Shown piece after piece: positions 18,594-28,491 of a stretch of DNA of 64,000 nt; within the stretch, counting starts at the first letter, position 1; the number at the start of each line of letters is the position of its first letter. The DNA comes from an uncultured Pelagibacteraceae bacterium (GTDB lineage: Bacteria; Pseudomonadota; Alphaproteobacteria; Pelagibacterales; Pelagibacteraceae): assembly GCA_902626645.1 (NCBI GenBank), contig CACOGC010000006.1, forward strand, positions 18,744 through 82,743. The letters are read 5' to 3'. The translations under genes were made by a program, and so were the position numbers. The notes below the pieces were generated by a model. The model was given only the letters and a program-made list of their open reading frames with translations. It searched no databases and was not told where the DNA came from.

Positions 18594-19442
18594 TCATTCT
18601 AATAGAGTTTTAAATTTTTTTATTAAACCACCACCTTTTTTCTTATAAGTTTTAAATCTTTCTTTTTTTCTTTTTTCATAAGTCTTGTCAAACAAACTGT
18701 AAGAATTTTCATACCATTTTGAGGATTGATAATTATATCCTAATAATTGAGCGTATTTTTCAGCCTCATCAATTAAACCAATTGTGTAATGTACTTCTAC
18801 CAACCTATGTAAAGCTTCTTCTGCATAAATGGTGGTATCATAGTTATCAATTATTTCTCTAAATCTATTGATTGCTGGAATCCATTTTTTTCTATCAAAA
18901 TAATATCTACCCAAATACATTTCTTTAGCCGCCAAAATATCATCAATTAAATCTATTTTAAATTCTGCATCAATAGCATATTCTGTACTAGGATAATTTT
19001 TTAAAATTATATTAAAATTTTCCTTAGCGTTTATAATTGATTGTAAATCTTTTTTTTCATCAACTATCTGTTCATAATAACAAATTGCTAACAAATAATA
19101 TACATATCCTAAATCTTTGTGGGCAGGATATACTTTTAAAAATCTTTTTAATTCAGCTATTGCATCACCATAATAATCTTGTGTATAATAAGAATATGCA
19201 GCCATTAATGCTGATTGGGGAGCTGATACAGCTTGTGGAAATAATATTTCAGCCTCGTTAAATTTTTTTGCAGCAAACAAAACATCACCATCGTTTAAAG
19301 CTTCAATACCTTCTTTATAAGCTTCCTCAACTTGTAATTCCAAACTTTTTTCTTTAATTAAATTCTTTTTTGAGACTTCTTTTGAACAAGAGCCAAATAA
19401 AATGAGAATTATAAAACAAACTAAAATCTTTAATTTGAACAT
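18594..19442 (-). CDS. bamD: Outer-membrane protein assembly factor BamD (TPR lipoprotein)
   Basis: Lipobox 'LFGSC' followed by TPR-like repeats ('AL..A.SYY....Y..A', 'YP.......A'). Conserved position near lpxC/ligA. Confidence 0.75.
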   Translation of the reverse strand: MFKLKILVCFIILILFGSCSKEVSKKNLIKEKSLELQVEEAYKEGIEALNDGDVLFAAKKFNEAEILFPQAVSAPQSALMAAYSYYTQDYYGDAIAELKRFLKVYPAHKDLGYVYYLLAICYYEQIVDEKKDLQSIINAKENFNIILKNYPSTEYAIDAEFKIDLIDDILAAKEMYLGRYYFDRKKWIPAINRFREIIDNYDTTIYAEEALHRLVEVHYTIGLIDEAEKYAQLLGYNYQSSKWYENSYSLFDKTYEKRKKERFKTYKKKGGGLIKKFKTLLE

Positions 19443-19489
19443 AGTTATTTTATACAGACTTAGCTAAAAATTTCAAAGATCAATATATG

Positions 19490-20410
19490 TTAAGCAATCG
19501 ATCTTAATAAGGTTTTATTTAGAATTGTATGTGGAAGATTTCTTTCTTGTATCTCAATTATTGAAAAGTTGTCTTTATTTTCAAAAACTTTCTTTAAAAG
19601 TTGATTAGTAAGGAAATGACCCCCCTGTGAGCAGTTTACACTTCCGACTATTCTATAACCACTTGTGTATAGATCTCCAATACAATCGAGTATTTTGTGA
19701 TTAACAAACTCTTTAGGATTTCTAAGCTTTTCAGAATTTAAGATTTCATTACCCTTAACAACGATTGCATTGTCTAAACTCCCACCTTTTGCAAGACCTT
19801 TACCTTTAATTTTTTCTATATCGTCGAATAAACAAAACGTTCTTGAATTAAAAATATCTACCAAATCATCTTCATACACATTTATTTTATTTTCTTGATC
19901 TCCAATTAAACAATCTTCAAATTTCAATTTAAAATTTATATCCAAACTTAACTTAGAAGGCTCTATGGAAATAAATTTCTCCCCTTGATGGAATGTTATT
20001 TTTTTTTGAATTTTTATTATTTTAATAGGAGCCTCACTTTTTTCTAATCCACAATCTTTTAAAATTTCTATAAATTCTTTTGCTGAACCGTCTAAAATTG
20101 GTATCTCTTCATTGTTTATTTCTATCAGTGCATTATCAATCCCTAATCCAAATAAAGCTCCCATTAAATGTTCAATAGTTGATACTTTTACTCCGTGCTC
20201 GTTAGATATAGTTGTATTTAATAATGTATTAGTTACATTAGTAAAACTTGGGTAAACATAATTGTTAGATTGTAGATCTACTCTCTTAAAAACAATTCCT
20301 GTATTTGGTTCAGAGGGCTTTACTAAAACTTTGGCGAATTTACCATTATGAAGTCCAACTCCACTAATAGTTGCTGTTTTTTTTAAAGTTTTTTGACTTA
20401 ACAATGACAC
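19490..20410 (-). CDS. lpxC: UDP-3-O-acyl-N-acetylglucosamine deacetylase
   Basis: 'SGVGLH.G', 'VSTIEHLM.AL.G.GIDN' and 'HK.LD.IGDL'. GTG start. Sits in the canonical position distal to ftsQ/ftsA. Confidence 0.9.
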   Translation of the reverse strand: MSLLSQKTLKKTATISGVGLHNGKFAKVLVKPSEPNTGIVFKRVDLQSNNYVYPSFTNVTNTLLNTTISNEHGVKVSTIEHLMGALFGLGIDNALIEINNEEIPILDGSAKEFIEILKDCGLEKSEAPIKIIKIQKKITFHQGEKFISIEPSKLSLDINFKLKFEDCLIGDQENKINVYEDDLVDIFNSRTFCLFDDIEKIKGKGLAKGGSLDNAIVVKGNEILNSEKLRNPKEFVNHKILDCIGDLYTSGYRIVGSVNCSQGGHFLTNQLLKKVFENKDNFSIIEIQERNLPHTILNKTLLRSIA

Positions 20411-20473
20411 AAGGGACTTTTAATATGATGATAAAAAAAACTGAAAACAACAAATATTACGATAAACTACTAA

Positions 20474-21178
20474 TTAATTAAAAAAATTAAAAAATTTCTC
20501 AAAAAACCCTTGTTTTTTGTTAGTTTTACCTGTCAGCAAAACCTCATTGCTATTGTGGCCTGAAACAATTCTATTAGCCGTTGTAAAAATATTGTTATCA
20601 TTATTATCTTTAAATTTTTCTAAATAACTAGCACTTAAAATTTGATTTAAAAAAATATGATATTTTTTTAAAATCTTTTCGATATTTTCAATTAAATTTT
20701 TTGAAAGACAGATAAATTCTGTATCTAAAGAAAAAATATTACAATTAACATTTTCTGGTAAAGTTGTATAAAATTTATTGTCGATCCAGTATTTTTCTAT
20801 AAGAAAATGTACAATTTTTTTATTTTGTAAATTCGATTGACATAAGTTTTTTAAATCATTTAAAGGATGAACTAAAGTCTCTGAATTTATAAGATTTCCA
20901 TTATTGTCTTTTTTAATTGACAATTTTATTGATTGAAATTCCTTACTATCTAAAATTACATATATGTCTTTAATAAAATTATTTAATTTTTTTTCAATCT
21001 TAAATATGTTAATTTCTAAAAATTCATTCAATATACTAAATTTTAATTCTGTAGAATTTTCTTCTAATACTAATTTTTCAGAATAAATTTTCTCATTTGT
21101 TAAATTTTCAGCAACATAGATAATGAATTGATTATGATTTAAATAGAGAAAGGTTTTAAAATCTATTTTTTTAGTCAT
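20474..21178 (-). CDS. Half-size FtsA-like protein (1A/1C 'SHS2' half plus a C-terminal amphipathic tail)
   Basis: 234 aa located in the ftsA slot between ftsQ and lpxC. By-eye alignment to E. coli FtsA residues ~1-200, for example 'KIVHFLIEKYWIDNKFYTTLPENVNCNIFSLDTEFICLSKNLIENIEKILKKYHIFLNQILSASYL' versus '[68 protein letters not shown]'. It ends in an amphipathic 'GFFEKFFNFFN'. No DxGT or DIGGGT phosphate motifs are present. Confidence 0.5.
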   Translation of the reverse strand: MTKKIDFKTFLYLNHNQFIIYVAENLTNEKIYSEKLVLEENSTELKFSILNEFLEINIFKIEKKLNNFIKDIYVILDSKEFQSIKLSIKKDNNGNLINSETLVHPLNDLKNLCQSNLQNKKIVHFLIEKYWIDNKFYTTLPENVNCNIFSLDTEFICLSKNLIENIEKILKKYHIFLNQILSASYLEKFKDNNDNNIFTTANRIVSGHNSNEVLLTGKTNKKQGFFEKFFNFFN

Positions 21179-21839
21179 TTATGACAATTTGATTTTTTTG
21201 ACGTATATCCAAGATTTTTATATTACCGAATTCTTTTTTATTTAGAAGATCAATTGATAAATTTAATGATTCTTTAATTCCTGTAATCGGCAGTTTTATT
21301 AAAACTCCTGAGTTCATTTCAATATCCCATCTCCCTGAGGGAAAATAGAAAAAATTTTTAATGTTATTGTATTTAAATTCAGTTTGAAGGATAATATTTT
21401 TAAATTCTAAAAATTTTTCTATTTCAAAATTTCCAAAAACAAAAGGTAAGTTTTTTGAGTGGTTTTTTGCGCTAATAAATTTTCCATTAGATCCAACTAA
21501 ATAATTCTTTCCATTTATATTCGTAGATGCTAAAAAATTTGTTTTTACAATTTTGATTGCAATAGATGATGGATATCTTTTAAACACTTCATATTCTTCA
21601 ATTAAATTATTAGAATTTAATATTTCTTTTATCTGAAATTTTTGAATAGATAATAAATTATTTAATTTTATCAAATCCGTTATTTTTGAATATTCATTAT
21701 CGTTAAATTCTATTCCTTCTATATCAACCATATCAATTTTAGGAAGATCAAAATTTTTTAAATTTTTGTTATTAAAGGTGCCTAGAATAATTACTAAAGA
21801 AATGTAAAAAATAATTTTCTTATTTATTTGTTGAAGCAT
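21171..21839 (-). CDS. ftsQ: Cell division protein FtsQ (POTRA + FtsQ domain)
   Basis: 222 aa with an N-terminal TM segment, then POTRA-like 'I..V.I.G......' and 'YPS.I.I.I'. Position between ddl and the ftsA-like gene. 8-nt and 20-nt overlaps with its neighbours. Confidence 0.65.
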   Translation of the reverse strand: MLQQINKKIIFYISLVIILGTFNNKNLKNFDLPKIDMVDIEGIEFNDNEYSKITDLIKLNNLLSIQKFQIKEILNSNNLIEEYEVFKRYPSSIAIKIVKTNFLASTNINGKNYLVGSNGKFISAKNHSKNLPFVFGNFEIEKFLEFKNIILQTEFKYNNIKNFFYFPSGRWDIEMNSGVLIKLPITGIKESLNLSIDLLNKKEFGNIKILDIRQKNQIVIND

Positions 21840-22731
21840 CTTTTAAAATTAATTCAATAAGTTTAATAAAACTTATACCACGAAATGCAGCAATCTCGGG
21901 AACTAAAGAAAGTTTTGTCATTCCTGGCTGAGTATTAATTTCTAAAAGATAAAACTTACCCCTATAATATTTAAAATCTGAACGGGTAACTCCTCGACAA
22001 CCAACTAAATTGTGTGCTTTCGAAGAAATTTTCATAATTTGTTCAAATTTTTTTTTAGATAAATCCACTGGTATAATATGTTCCGTTTTTGCTTTTGGAT
22101 TATATTTTGCTTGATAATCATAAAATTTTCTTTTTGGTTTTAATTCAATTGCACCAAGTTTTTTAGAGCCAATCATTGCTGCTTGTATCTCTCTACCAGG
22201 GATAAATTCTTCTATAATAATTTTTTTATAATCTTCTAAATACTTCAATTTTTTTTTGATGTCTTTTTTTGTACATATAAACACATTTACGCTTGAACCC
22301 TCATTGATTGGCTTTATTACAACTGGAAATTTAAGTTTTTTTTCAATTGTTCTAACAATATTTTTTTCATCTTTGCTGAACGAAAAGGTTAAGAATTTTG
22401 GGGTCAATATTTTATTCTTTATAAAAATCTTTTTTGATAATACTTTATCAATCGCTATTGATGATGAAATCACACCTGAATGAGTATAAGGAATTTTAAA
22501 ACTCTCTAATATTGTTTGGATATAACCATCCTCACCAAACTGACCATGCAACGCATTGAAAATTTTGTTTGGTTTGAATTTTTTAATAACATCAAATAAC
22601 TGAAAATTTGGTTCTGTTATTTTTACAAAATAATTATTTTTTTTTAGTTCCTTGGCTACTTGTTTTCCAGTATCAAGACTGATTGCTCTTTCTTTAGAAA
22701 TTCCACCTGAAATTATTAATATTTTTTTCAA
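21820..22731 (-). CDS. ddl: D-alanine--D-alanine ligase
   Basis: 'GGIS.EREISL.TG', 'ALHG.FGEDG.IQ..LE...IPYT.SGV', an ATP-grasp core and 'E.NT.PGMT..SL.P'. Confidence 0.9.
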   Translation of the reverse strand: MKKILIISGGISKERAISLDTGKQVAKELKKNNYFVKITEPNFQLFDVIKKFKPNKIFNALHGQFGEDGYIQTILESFKIPYTHSGVISSSIAIDKVLSKKIFIKNKILTPKFLTFSFSKDEKNIVRTIEKKLKFPVVIKPINEGSSVNVFICTKKDIKKKLKYLEDYKKIIIEEFIPGREIQAAMIGSKKLGAIELKPKRKFYDYQAKYNPKAKTEHIIPVDLSKKKFEQIMKISSKAHNLVGCRGVTRSDFKYYRGKFYLLEINTQPGMTKLSLVPEIAAFRGISFIKLIELILKDASTNK

Positions 22732-22732
22732 T

Positions 22733-23641
22733 TTATTTTAAAATCTTAATTTCTTTTTCTAATTTAATACCAGTTTTTTCTAAAACTTTTTTTGATACAA
22801 ATTCAATTAAATTGTTCATATCATTAAAAGAAGCGCTACCCTTATTTACAAAAAAATTACAATGTTTTTCTGAAATACAGGCATCTCCAAAACTTTTGTC
22901 TAAAGGAACTGACTCTTTAATTAACTCCCAAACTTTCTTATTTGTTTGTGATTTAGGGTTTTTAAAAGTGCTTCCGCTAGTTTTAATTCGAGTAGGTTGT
23001 GCTTTTTCTTTTTTTTTTACTAAATTTTCAATTTCATTTTTTATTCGAGAAGGATTAGATTTTGACCCTTTAAATGAAGCGCTTAAAAAAATCAAATTAT
23101 CGGATAAGTTGCTTTTTCTGTACTCAAATTTTATTTCTCTACTTGGGATAGTAATGATATTTCCAGATTTATCGATTGCTTGAACTGATATCAATACATC
23201 TTTAAATTCTTTATTAAAACAACCTGCGTTCATTCTAATTCCACCTCCTATTGTGCCTGGTATACAAGACAAAAACTCAAATCCGCTGAGACTATTTTTT
23301 ACAGCAAAGTCTGATAATGACTTATCAGTCACAGCGCTGCCAGCAATTATCACATCATCTCCAAGAAGCGAGATGTTATTAAAATTTTTTCCTAATTTTA
23401 TAACTATACCATCAAATAAATCATCAGATATTAAAGTGTTAGAACCTGCTCCAAGAATAAATATTTTTTCCTGATTATTAACTATTTTTAAAAATTTAAT
23501 CAGTTCTTGAAGATTGTTAGCTTTAAAAAAAACTTTTGTTTTTCCACCAATATTAAACCAATTTTTTTTTTTTAGATCGTGCTCAAATCTTACATTTTCA
23601 TCAAATTCTCCAAACAATGTTTTTAGTTGATCTAATTGCAT
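22733..23641 (-). CDS. murB: UDP-N-acetylenolpyruvoylglucosamine reductase
   Basis: FAD-binding 'GGK...F......EL', 'ILGAGSN.L', 'PGTIGG...MNAG' and 'GS.FKNP'. Start trimmed to 'MQLDQL' at 23641, giving a TAATG stop/start overlap with murC. Confidence 0.85.
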   Translation of the reverse strand: MQLDQLKTLFGEFDENVRFEHDLKKKNWFNIGGKTKVFFKANNLQELIKFLKIVNNQEKIFILGAGSNTLISDDLFDGIVIKLGKNFNNISLLGDDVIIAGSAVTDKSLSDFAVKNSLSGFEFLSCIPGTIGGGIRMNAGCFNKEFKDVLISVQAIDKSGNIITIPSREIKFEYRKSNLSDNLIFLSASFKGSKSNPSRIKNEIENLVKKKEKAQPTRIKTSGSTFKNPKSQTNKKVWELIKESVPLDKSFGDACISEKHCNFFVNKGSASFNDMNNLIEFVSKKVLEKTGIKLEKEIKILK

Positions 23642-25035
23642 TATATTAATTTTGGGAGTTCCCTCATCCAATTAGAGATAGAACCTGCACCCATTCCAAC
23701 TACAATTTTTTTTCCACTCATATTTCTTTTTATAAATTTAGCCAGTTGAAAATTATCATTAACTAAGAATAATTTTACTTTTGAATTTTTTATTATCTCC
23801 TTAGCAAAATTTATATAATTAAATCCTAACTTTATTTTTTCTCCCGCTGAATATACAGGGCATAAAACAACAATATCGGCATTCTTAAATGCAAAAGAGA
23901 ATTCTTTTCTTAAATCTTTAAGTCTTGACACTCTATGTGGTTGAAAAATACAAACTTTTTCATAATCTTTATAAACTTTATTTACACCATCCAAAACTAC
24001 TTTTATTTCAGTTGGATGATGAGCATAATCATCATAAAAATCAATATTGTTGTGAGTAAATATTTTATTAAATCTTCTTTGAACACCCTTAAAATTTTTT
24101 AATCCTCTTTTTATATCAAAAATTGAAATACCAATTGTAATCGCAACTGCAGCAGCTGCAACAGAATTTCTTACATTATGAATACCTAGTAATGGTATTC
24201 TTATTTTTTTAATCTTTATTTTTTTCTTATTTGGGACATCTACTAATATGTCAAATTCTGTAAAGGTTTTGTTTTGTATTATATTCTTAATTAAAAAGTT
24301 TGATTTTGAATGAAGTCCATAGGTATAAAAATTCCTATTACTTAATTTTTTAATTATTTTATAATTAATAGGGTCATCTAAACAAATAAATGATTTTCCA
24401 AACGAAGGAACTTTTTTTATAAAATTAACAAAATATTTCTCTAAGTCATCCATAGATTTATAAAAATCCATATGCTCTCTATCTATATTTGTAATAATTG
24501 AATAAGTAGGAGGTATATGAATGAAACTTCCATCAGACTCATCTGCTTCCAAAACTGTCCAATCACTCTTTCCTAGCTTAGCAGTATTTTTGATTGAATT
24601 GATTACTCCTCCATTAATAATTGTTGGATCTAATTTAGTTTTTTGTAGTATTGAGGTAATTAGAGAAGTTGTTGTGGTTTTACCATGCGAACCTACCACA
24701 ACAATATTTTTCATAAGAGAAACGATGTGAGCTAACATTCTTCCTCTAGTAATTATTGGGAGTTTTTTCCTTCTGGCTTCAATGTATTCTGAATTATTTT
24801 TTTTTATTGCTGAAGAAATAACTGCTATTGTTGCATTCTTTAAATTTTGTTTTTTTTGACCAATAAAAACTTTTATTTTTTCTTTTTTCAATCTATCTAT
24901 ATTTTTATTTGATGACAGGTCACTACCTTGGACTTTAAATCCTTTCCCTTTCATAATTAAAGAAAGTCCACTCATTCCAATACCTCCAATGCCAATGAAG
25001 TGAATAACCTCAGTTTTTGCTAATTCAATTTTCAT
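23641..25035 (-). CDS. murC: UDP-N-acetylmuramate--L-alanine ligase
   Basis: 'HFIGIGGIGMSGL', 'GSHGKTTTTS' and 'DDYAHHPTEI'. Confidence 0.9.
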   Translation of the reverse strand: MKIELAKTEVIHFIGIGGIGMSGLSLIMKGKGFKVQGSDLSSNKNIDRLKKEKIKVFIGQKKQNLKNATIAVISSAIKKNNSEYIEARRKKLPIITRGRMLAHIVSLMKNIVVVGSHGKTTTTSLITSILQKTKLDPTIINGGVINSIKNTAKLGKSDWTVLEADESDGSFIHIPPTYSIITNIDREHMDFYKSMDDLEKYFVNFIKKVPSFGKSFICLDDPINYKIIKKLSNRNFYTYGLHSKSNFLIKNIIQNKTFTEFDILVDVPNKKKIKIKKIRIPLLGIHNVRNSVAAAAVAITIGISIFDIKRGLKNFKGVQRRFNKIFTHNNIDFYDDYAHHPTEIKVVLDGVNKVYKDYEKVCIFQPHRVSRLKDLRKEFSFAFKNADIVVLCPVYSAGEKIKLGFNYINFAKEIIKNSKVKLFLVNDNFQLAKFIKRNMSGKKIVVGMGAGSISNWMRELPKLI

Positions 25036-26089
25036 TAATTATATTTAATATTTTTTGATGTACATTAGTCCAAGTATTTTTGTAATTTAATTTTTTTAAA
25101 TTTTCCTTTTTTTGCAAAAATTCAGAATTATCAGATAATATACTAGTTAGAAGCTGCTCTATATTGTCCTCAAATGTCTCTTGATTAAGCATCCAACAAC
25201 ATTCTTTTTCTTTATAAAATAAAGCGTTTTCGAATTGATGATTGTCCTTTGAATTTGGTAAAGGCACTGCAATAAATGGTATGTTTAATAAAGATAATTC
25301 AGCCAAGGTTGAGGCACCTGCCCTAGTTATACAAATATCTGAATTATTAATTATTTCTTCAAAATTTTTATAGAAGCTGAAGATTAAACATTCAACATTA
25401 TTTTCATCATAGAAATTTTTCAAATTTAGGATATTTTTTTCATTTGTTTGATGCAAAATTCTAATTGAGTGTTTTTTTGAAATATTAACAATTTTATTTT
25501 TGAGATTAATATCAAAAATATTCGCTCCCTGACTTCCTCCAACAATCAATAAATCTAATTTTTGACGGTTAAAATTTTTTTGTTTTAAACTATAAAATTT
25601 TTCTTTAACTAAAGGAAATATAGTTTCAATTTTACTTTTGTATTCTGGTGGAAAGTTTTTTATCTTTTCTTTGTAACAAATTATTTTTTCACATGAGCTC
25701 AAAAAAAATTTATTTGCTCTACCCAAAACTTGATTGGGTTCAAGCAGGTAAATCTTTAATCTTAAGAATTTTGCTGCTAGCAACAATGGAAAAGACATAT
25801 ATCCCCCAGTGGAGAATAATTTTTTAATATTATTTTTTTTTAATAATAAATATGATTTTATTGTCAGTATAATTACTAATATTAAATTTATTGGAAATAA
25901 AAATATATTATTTAACCTTGGGGTATCAATAATTCTTAATTGATAATTTTCATCATTTAAATATTTTAAGCCCCTCTTATCAGTTGTGATTATTACTTTT
26001 GCATCTCTAGACAAATGTTCATAAAGTATTACTGCGGGGATTACATGGCCCCCTGATCCTCCTGTAGTTATCAAGTAATTTTTATTCAT
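25025..26089 (-). CDS. murG: Undecaprenyldiphospho-muramoylpentapeptide beta-N-acetylglucosaminyltransferase
   Basis: 'TGGSGGHV.PA', 'GGSQGA' and '..RAGASTLAEL......IAVPLP....NHQ..NA'. Confidence 0.85.
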   Translation of the reverse strand: MNKNYLITTGGSGGHVIPAVILYEHLSRDAKVIITTDKRGLKYLNDENYQLRIIDTPRLNNIFLFPINLILVIILTIKSYLLLKKNNIKKLFSTGGYMSFPLLLAAKFLRLKIYLLEPNQVLGRANKFFLSSCEKIICYKEKIKNFPPEYKSKIETIFPLVKEKFYSLKQKNFNRQKLDLLIVGGSQGANIFDINLKNKIVNISKKHSIRILHQTNEKNILNLKNFYDENNVECLIFSFYKNFEEIINNSDICITRAGASTLAELSLLNIPFIAVPLPNSKDNHQFENALFYKEKECCWMLNQETFEDNIEQLLTSILSDNSEFLQKKENLKKLNYKNTWTNVHQKILNIINEN

Positions 26090-26090
26090 T

Positions 26091-27215
26091 TTAATTTAGA
26101 TTTCTTTTTGTAAAGTTCAAAATTATTCCAGATAAAATTGAAATACTAATTATTGAGGAACCACCATAACTTATAAATGGTAATGTCATACCAGTTGTAG
26201 GAAATAATCTAATATTTACTCCAATGTGAATTATAGTTTGCATTAATATAAGGCTTATAGATCCAACTAAAATTAATTTAATAGTTTCATCATTTTCAAA
26301 ATTAACTTTTTTAAATACTGAGTAAATAAAAATTAAAAACAATAAAAAGATTAAAATTATGGCAATTACACCAAACTCTTCAGAAATTACTGAAATAATA
26401 TAATCTGTATGTGCCTCTGGGACTCTATTTTTTAAAGTCCCCTCTCCTATACCTTTCCCAAAAAAGCCTCCGCTCGTAATAGACTCTAAAGCTTTGTCTG
26501 ATTGAAAATTATAAGTTCCAATTTCAGAGTCTAAAAAAGATATTATTCTATTTTTAATGTATGTAAATTTCGAAACAAAAAAAATTAGGTAAAAAAATAT
26601 TAAAACAATTGATGAAAATAAAAAAAAAAGTAAAAATATACTTATACCCGAAGTAAATATCAAAACCGACCAACTAAAAAAAACTAAAAGAGTTTGTCCT
26701 ATATCTGGCTGTAATGATAATAATAAGGCAATACCTAAAGTTATTATAAAAGAAAATAAATACTTTAAATAAATGTTGTTAAATTTTTGGCTACACAATA
26801 TCAAACTTATAAAAATGATAAGAAATGGCTTTACTAACTCTATCGGTTGAAATCTAGGTAGAAAGTATAGATCTATCCATCTTTTTGAACCCTTAACCTC
26901 TACCCCAATTATAGGCACTAAAATTAAAAATATTAATGATAAAAAAAAGAATAGAGAAGAATATTTAAGAAGTTGTTCTTTTTTGATTGAGGATAATAAA
27001 AAAATTATAACCATCCCTAACAAAATAAAAACTAAATGTTTGAAAAAAAATTGATAATCATTTGTGTCCAATTTATCAGAGGCAATTAATGATGTGGAAA
27101 CTAAAGAAAAAAATAAACCTGTTAAAAATAATAAAACAATCAGTGAAAAAAGAAACTTATCAATATTTTTCCACCAATCATAATAGATACCAAATAAAGT
27201 ATTCTTATTTTCCAT
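26091..27215 (-). CDS. ftsW: Peptidoglycan glycosyltransferase FtsW (SEDS family)
   Basis: Polytopic membrane protein with 'GSKRWI.L....FQP.E..K', 'PEAHTDYI.SVI.EEFG' and 'G.TLPF.SYGGSS'. Confidence 0.85.
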   Translation of the reverse strand: MENKNTLFGIYYDWWKNIDKFLFSLIVLLFLTGLFFSLVSTSLIASDKLDTNDYQFFFKHLVFILLGMVIIFLLSSIKKEQLLKYSSLFFFLSLIFLILVPIIGVEVKGSKRWIDLYFLPRFQPIELVKPFLIIFISLILCSQKFNNIYLKYLFSFIITLGIALLLSLQPDIGQTLLVFFSWSVLIFTSGISIFLLFFLFSSIVLIFFYLIFFVSKFTYIKNRIISFLDSEIGTYNFQSDKALESITSGGFFGKGIGEGTLKNRVPEAHTDYIISVISEEFGVIAIILIFLLFLIFIYSVFKKVNFENDETIKLILVGSISLILMQTIIHIGVNIRLFPTTGMTLPFISYGGSSIISISILSGIILNFTKRNLN

Positions 27216-28491
27216 ACATAAATCTTTTTACTAATCGATTAAAATATAAACCTCTTTCTTCGAAATTTTTAAAACTATCAAACGAAGCTGCACAAGGGCT
27301 AAATAATATCGTATATTTAATAGATCTTTTTGTTTTGATTATAGAAAAAACGTTTTTCACTGCGTCTTCTAAATTTAAATAATTTTTAAATTTTACTTTA
27401 CTTCTAAGCTGTTTGATAAAAAGATTTTTATTTTCTCCATAAATAAAAGCGGTAACATTCCTCAAATCTTTTTTTTTTAATTCTAATTTGTCACCTTTTT
27501 TATAAATACCACCCAATAACCATAATATGTTGGAGGCTTTTTTAAACATTCCGACAGAAGATGAGAAACTGGTAGATTTTGAGTCATTTATAATAGTGAG
27601 ATTCTTCTTTTGAAGAATAATTTGTTGGCGATATTTCAAGCCCTTAAAATTTTTTATCGTTTTTTGTAAAAGATAGTTTTTTAGTTTTAATTTTTTTGCC
27701 AATTCTATAATAAAAGATAGATTTTCTCTATTTGACTCAGTTAAAAAATATTTATTTTTGACTTCCAGAAAATGATTGTAATTTTTTTTTGTATTTACTT
27801 TAATAATTTTACAATTAAATTTTTTAGTTTTTAATTTTCTCGATATTAGTAAGTCATCGCTTTTTACAAATGCTAAACAACTTTTGGATTGAGAATCTAA
27901 AAGTTTAAATTTTGCATCAACATAATTTTGAAGAGTTTTATGTCTTTCAAGATGATCAGGTTTAATATTCAAGATTATTGAATATTTTGAACTAAATAAC
28001 TGACTATATTCTAGCTGGTAAGAAGATGCCTCTATCACAAAAATTGTATTTTTTGATATTTTTTTTTCATTTAATGGAGGGTTACCAATGTTTCCGATAA
28101 GTCTCACATCTTTTTTTTGATCTTTTAAAACTTCATATAAAATTTTAGCAGTAGTAGATTTTCCATTGGTACCTGTAATAGTAATGTATTTATTTTTAAA
28201 AAAAGTAAAAAATACATCTAAATCTGTATAAATTTTTTTCTTATTAAGTTTTAGAAATTTAGATAATTTACAATTAAAAATATTAATACCTGGGCTAATA
28301 ATGATTATATCAAATTTTATTTTTAATAATTTTAATTTAGAAATTTGTTTTGGATGTGTGTTTTTTAAATCATCAAACAGATAAATATCAGCTTTATTTC
28401 TTAAAAATCTAAAAGATGATATTCCACTTTTTCCAAGACCATAGATTAATATTTTTTTTTTCAAAAAAATATTTTCAATTTTTTTTTTCAT
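27205..28491 (-). CDS. murD: UDP-N-acetylmuramoylalanine--D-glutamate ligase
   Basis: 'GLGKSG.S', 'ITGTNGKSTT' and 'DSKSTS'. Start trimmed to 'MKKKIENIF' at 28491, giving an ATGA overlap with the mraY stop. The longer ORF would overlap mraY by 88 nt. Confidence 0.85.
   Translation of the reverse strand: MKKKIENIFLKKKILIYGLGKSGISSFRFLRNKADIYLFDDLKNTHPKQISKLKLLKIKFDIIIISPGINIFNCKLSKFLKLNKKKIYTDLDVFFTFFKNKYITITGTNGKSTTAKILYEVLKDQKKDVRLIGNIGNPPLNEKKISKNTIFVIEASSYQLEYSQLFSSKYSIILNIKPDHLERHKTLQNYVDAKFKLLDSQSKSCLAFVKSDDLLISRKLKTKKFNCKIIKVNTKKNYNHFLEVKNKYFLTESNRENLSFIIELAKKLKLKNYLLQKTIKNFKGLKYRQQIILQKKNLTIINDSKSTSFSSSVGMFKKASNILWLLGGIYKKGDKLELKKKDLRNVTAFIYGENKNLFIKQLRSKVKFKNYLNLEDAVKNVFSIIKTKRSIKYTILFSPCAASFDSFKNFEERGLYFNRLVKRFMYGK

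Noticed and set aside
20411-21178. Possibility that the short ftsA-like gene is a frameshifted pseudogene of a full-length ftsA.
   Set aside because: Only 63 bp separate its stop codon from the lpxC start, so there is no room for the missing ~190 codons in any frame. The ORF also ends with a plausible amphipathic membrane-targeting tail.
22812-23183. 123-aa plus-strand ORF, with similar 60-110-aa ORFs at 1765-1962, 2319-2534, 3429-3642, 12234-12473, 17349-17635, 18144-18479, 19037-19261, 23253-23474, 24521-24730, 27062-27382, 28693-28878, 30496-31017, 40487-40983, 46050-46622, 48294-48557, 50697-50993, 53806-54015 and 55202-55420.
   Set aside because: All lie entirely antisense or out of frame within strongly supported conserved genes (murB, ligA, rpoD, carB and others). 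Their translations are low complexity (F/L/I/S/K-rich), as expected from the reverse strand of AT-rich coding DNA. None has a recognisable motif.
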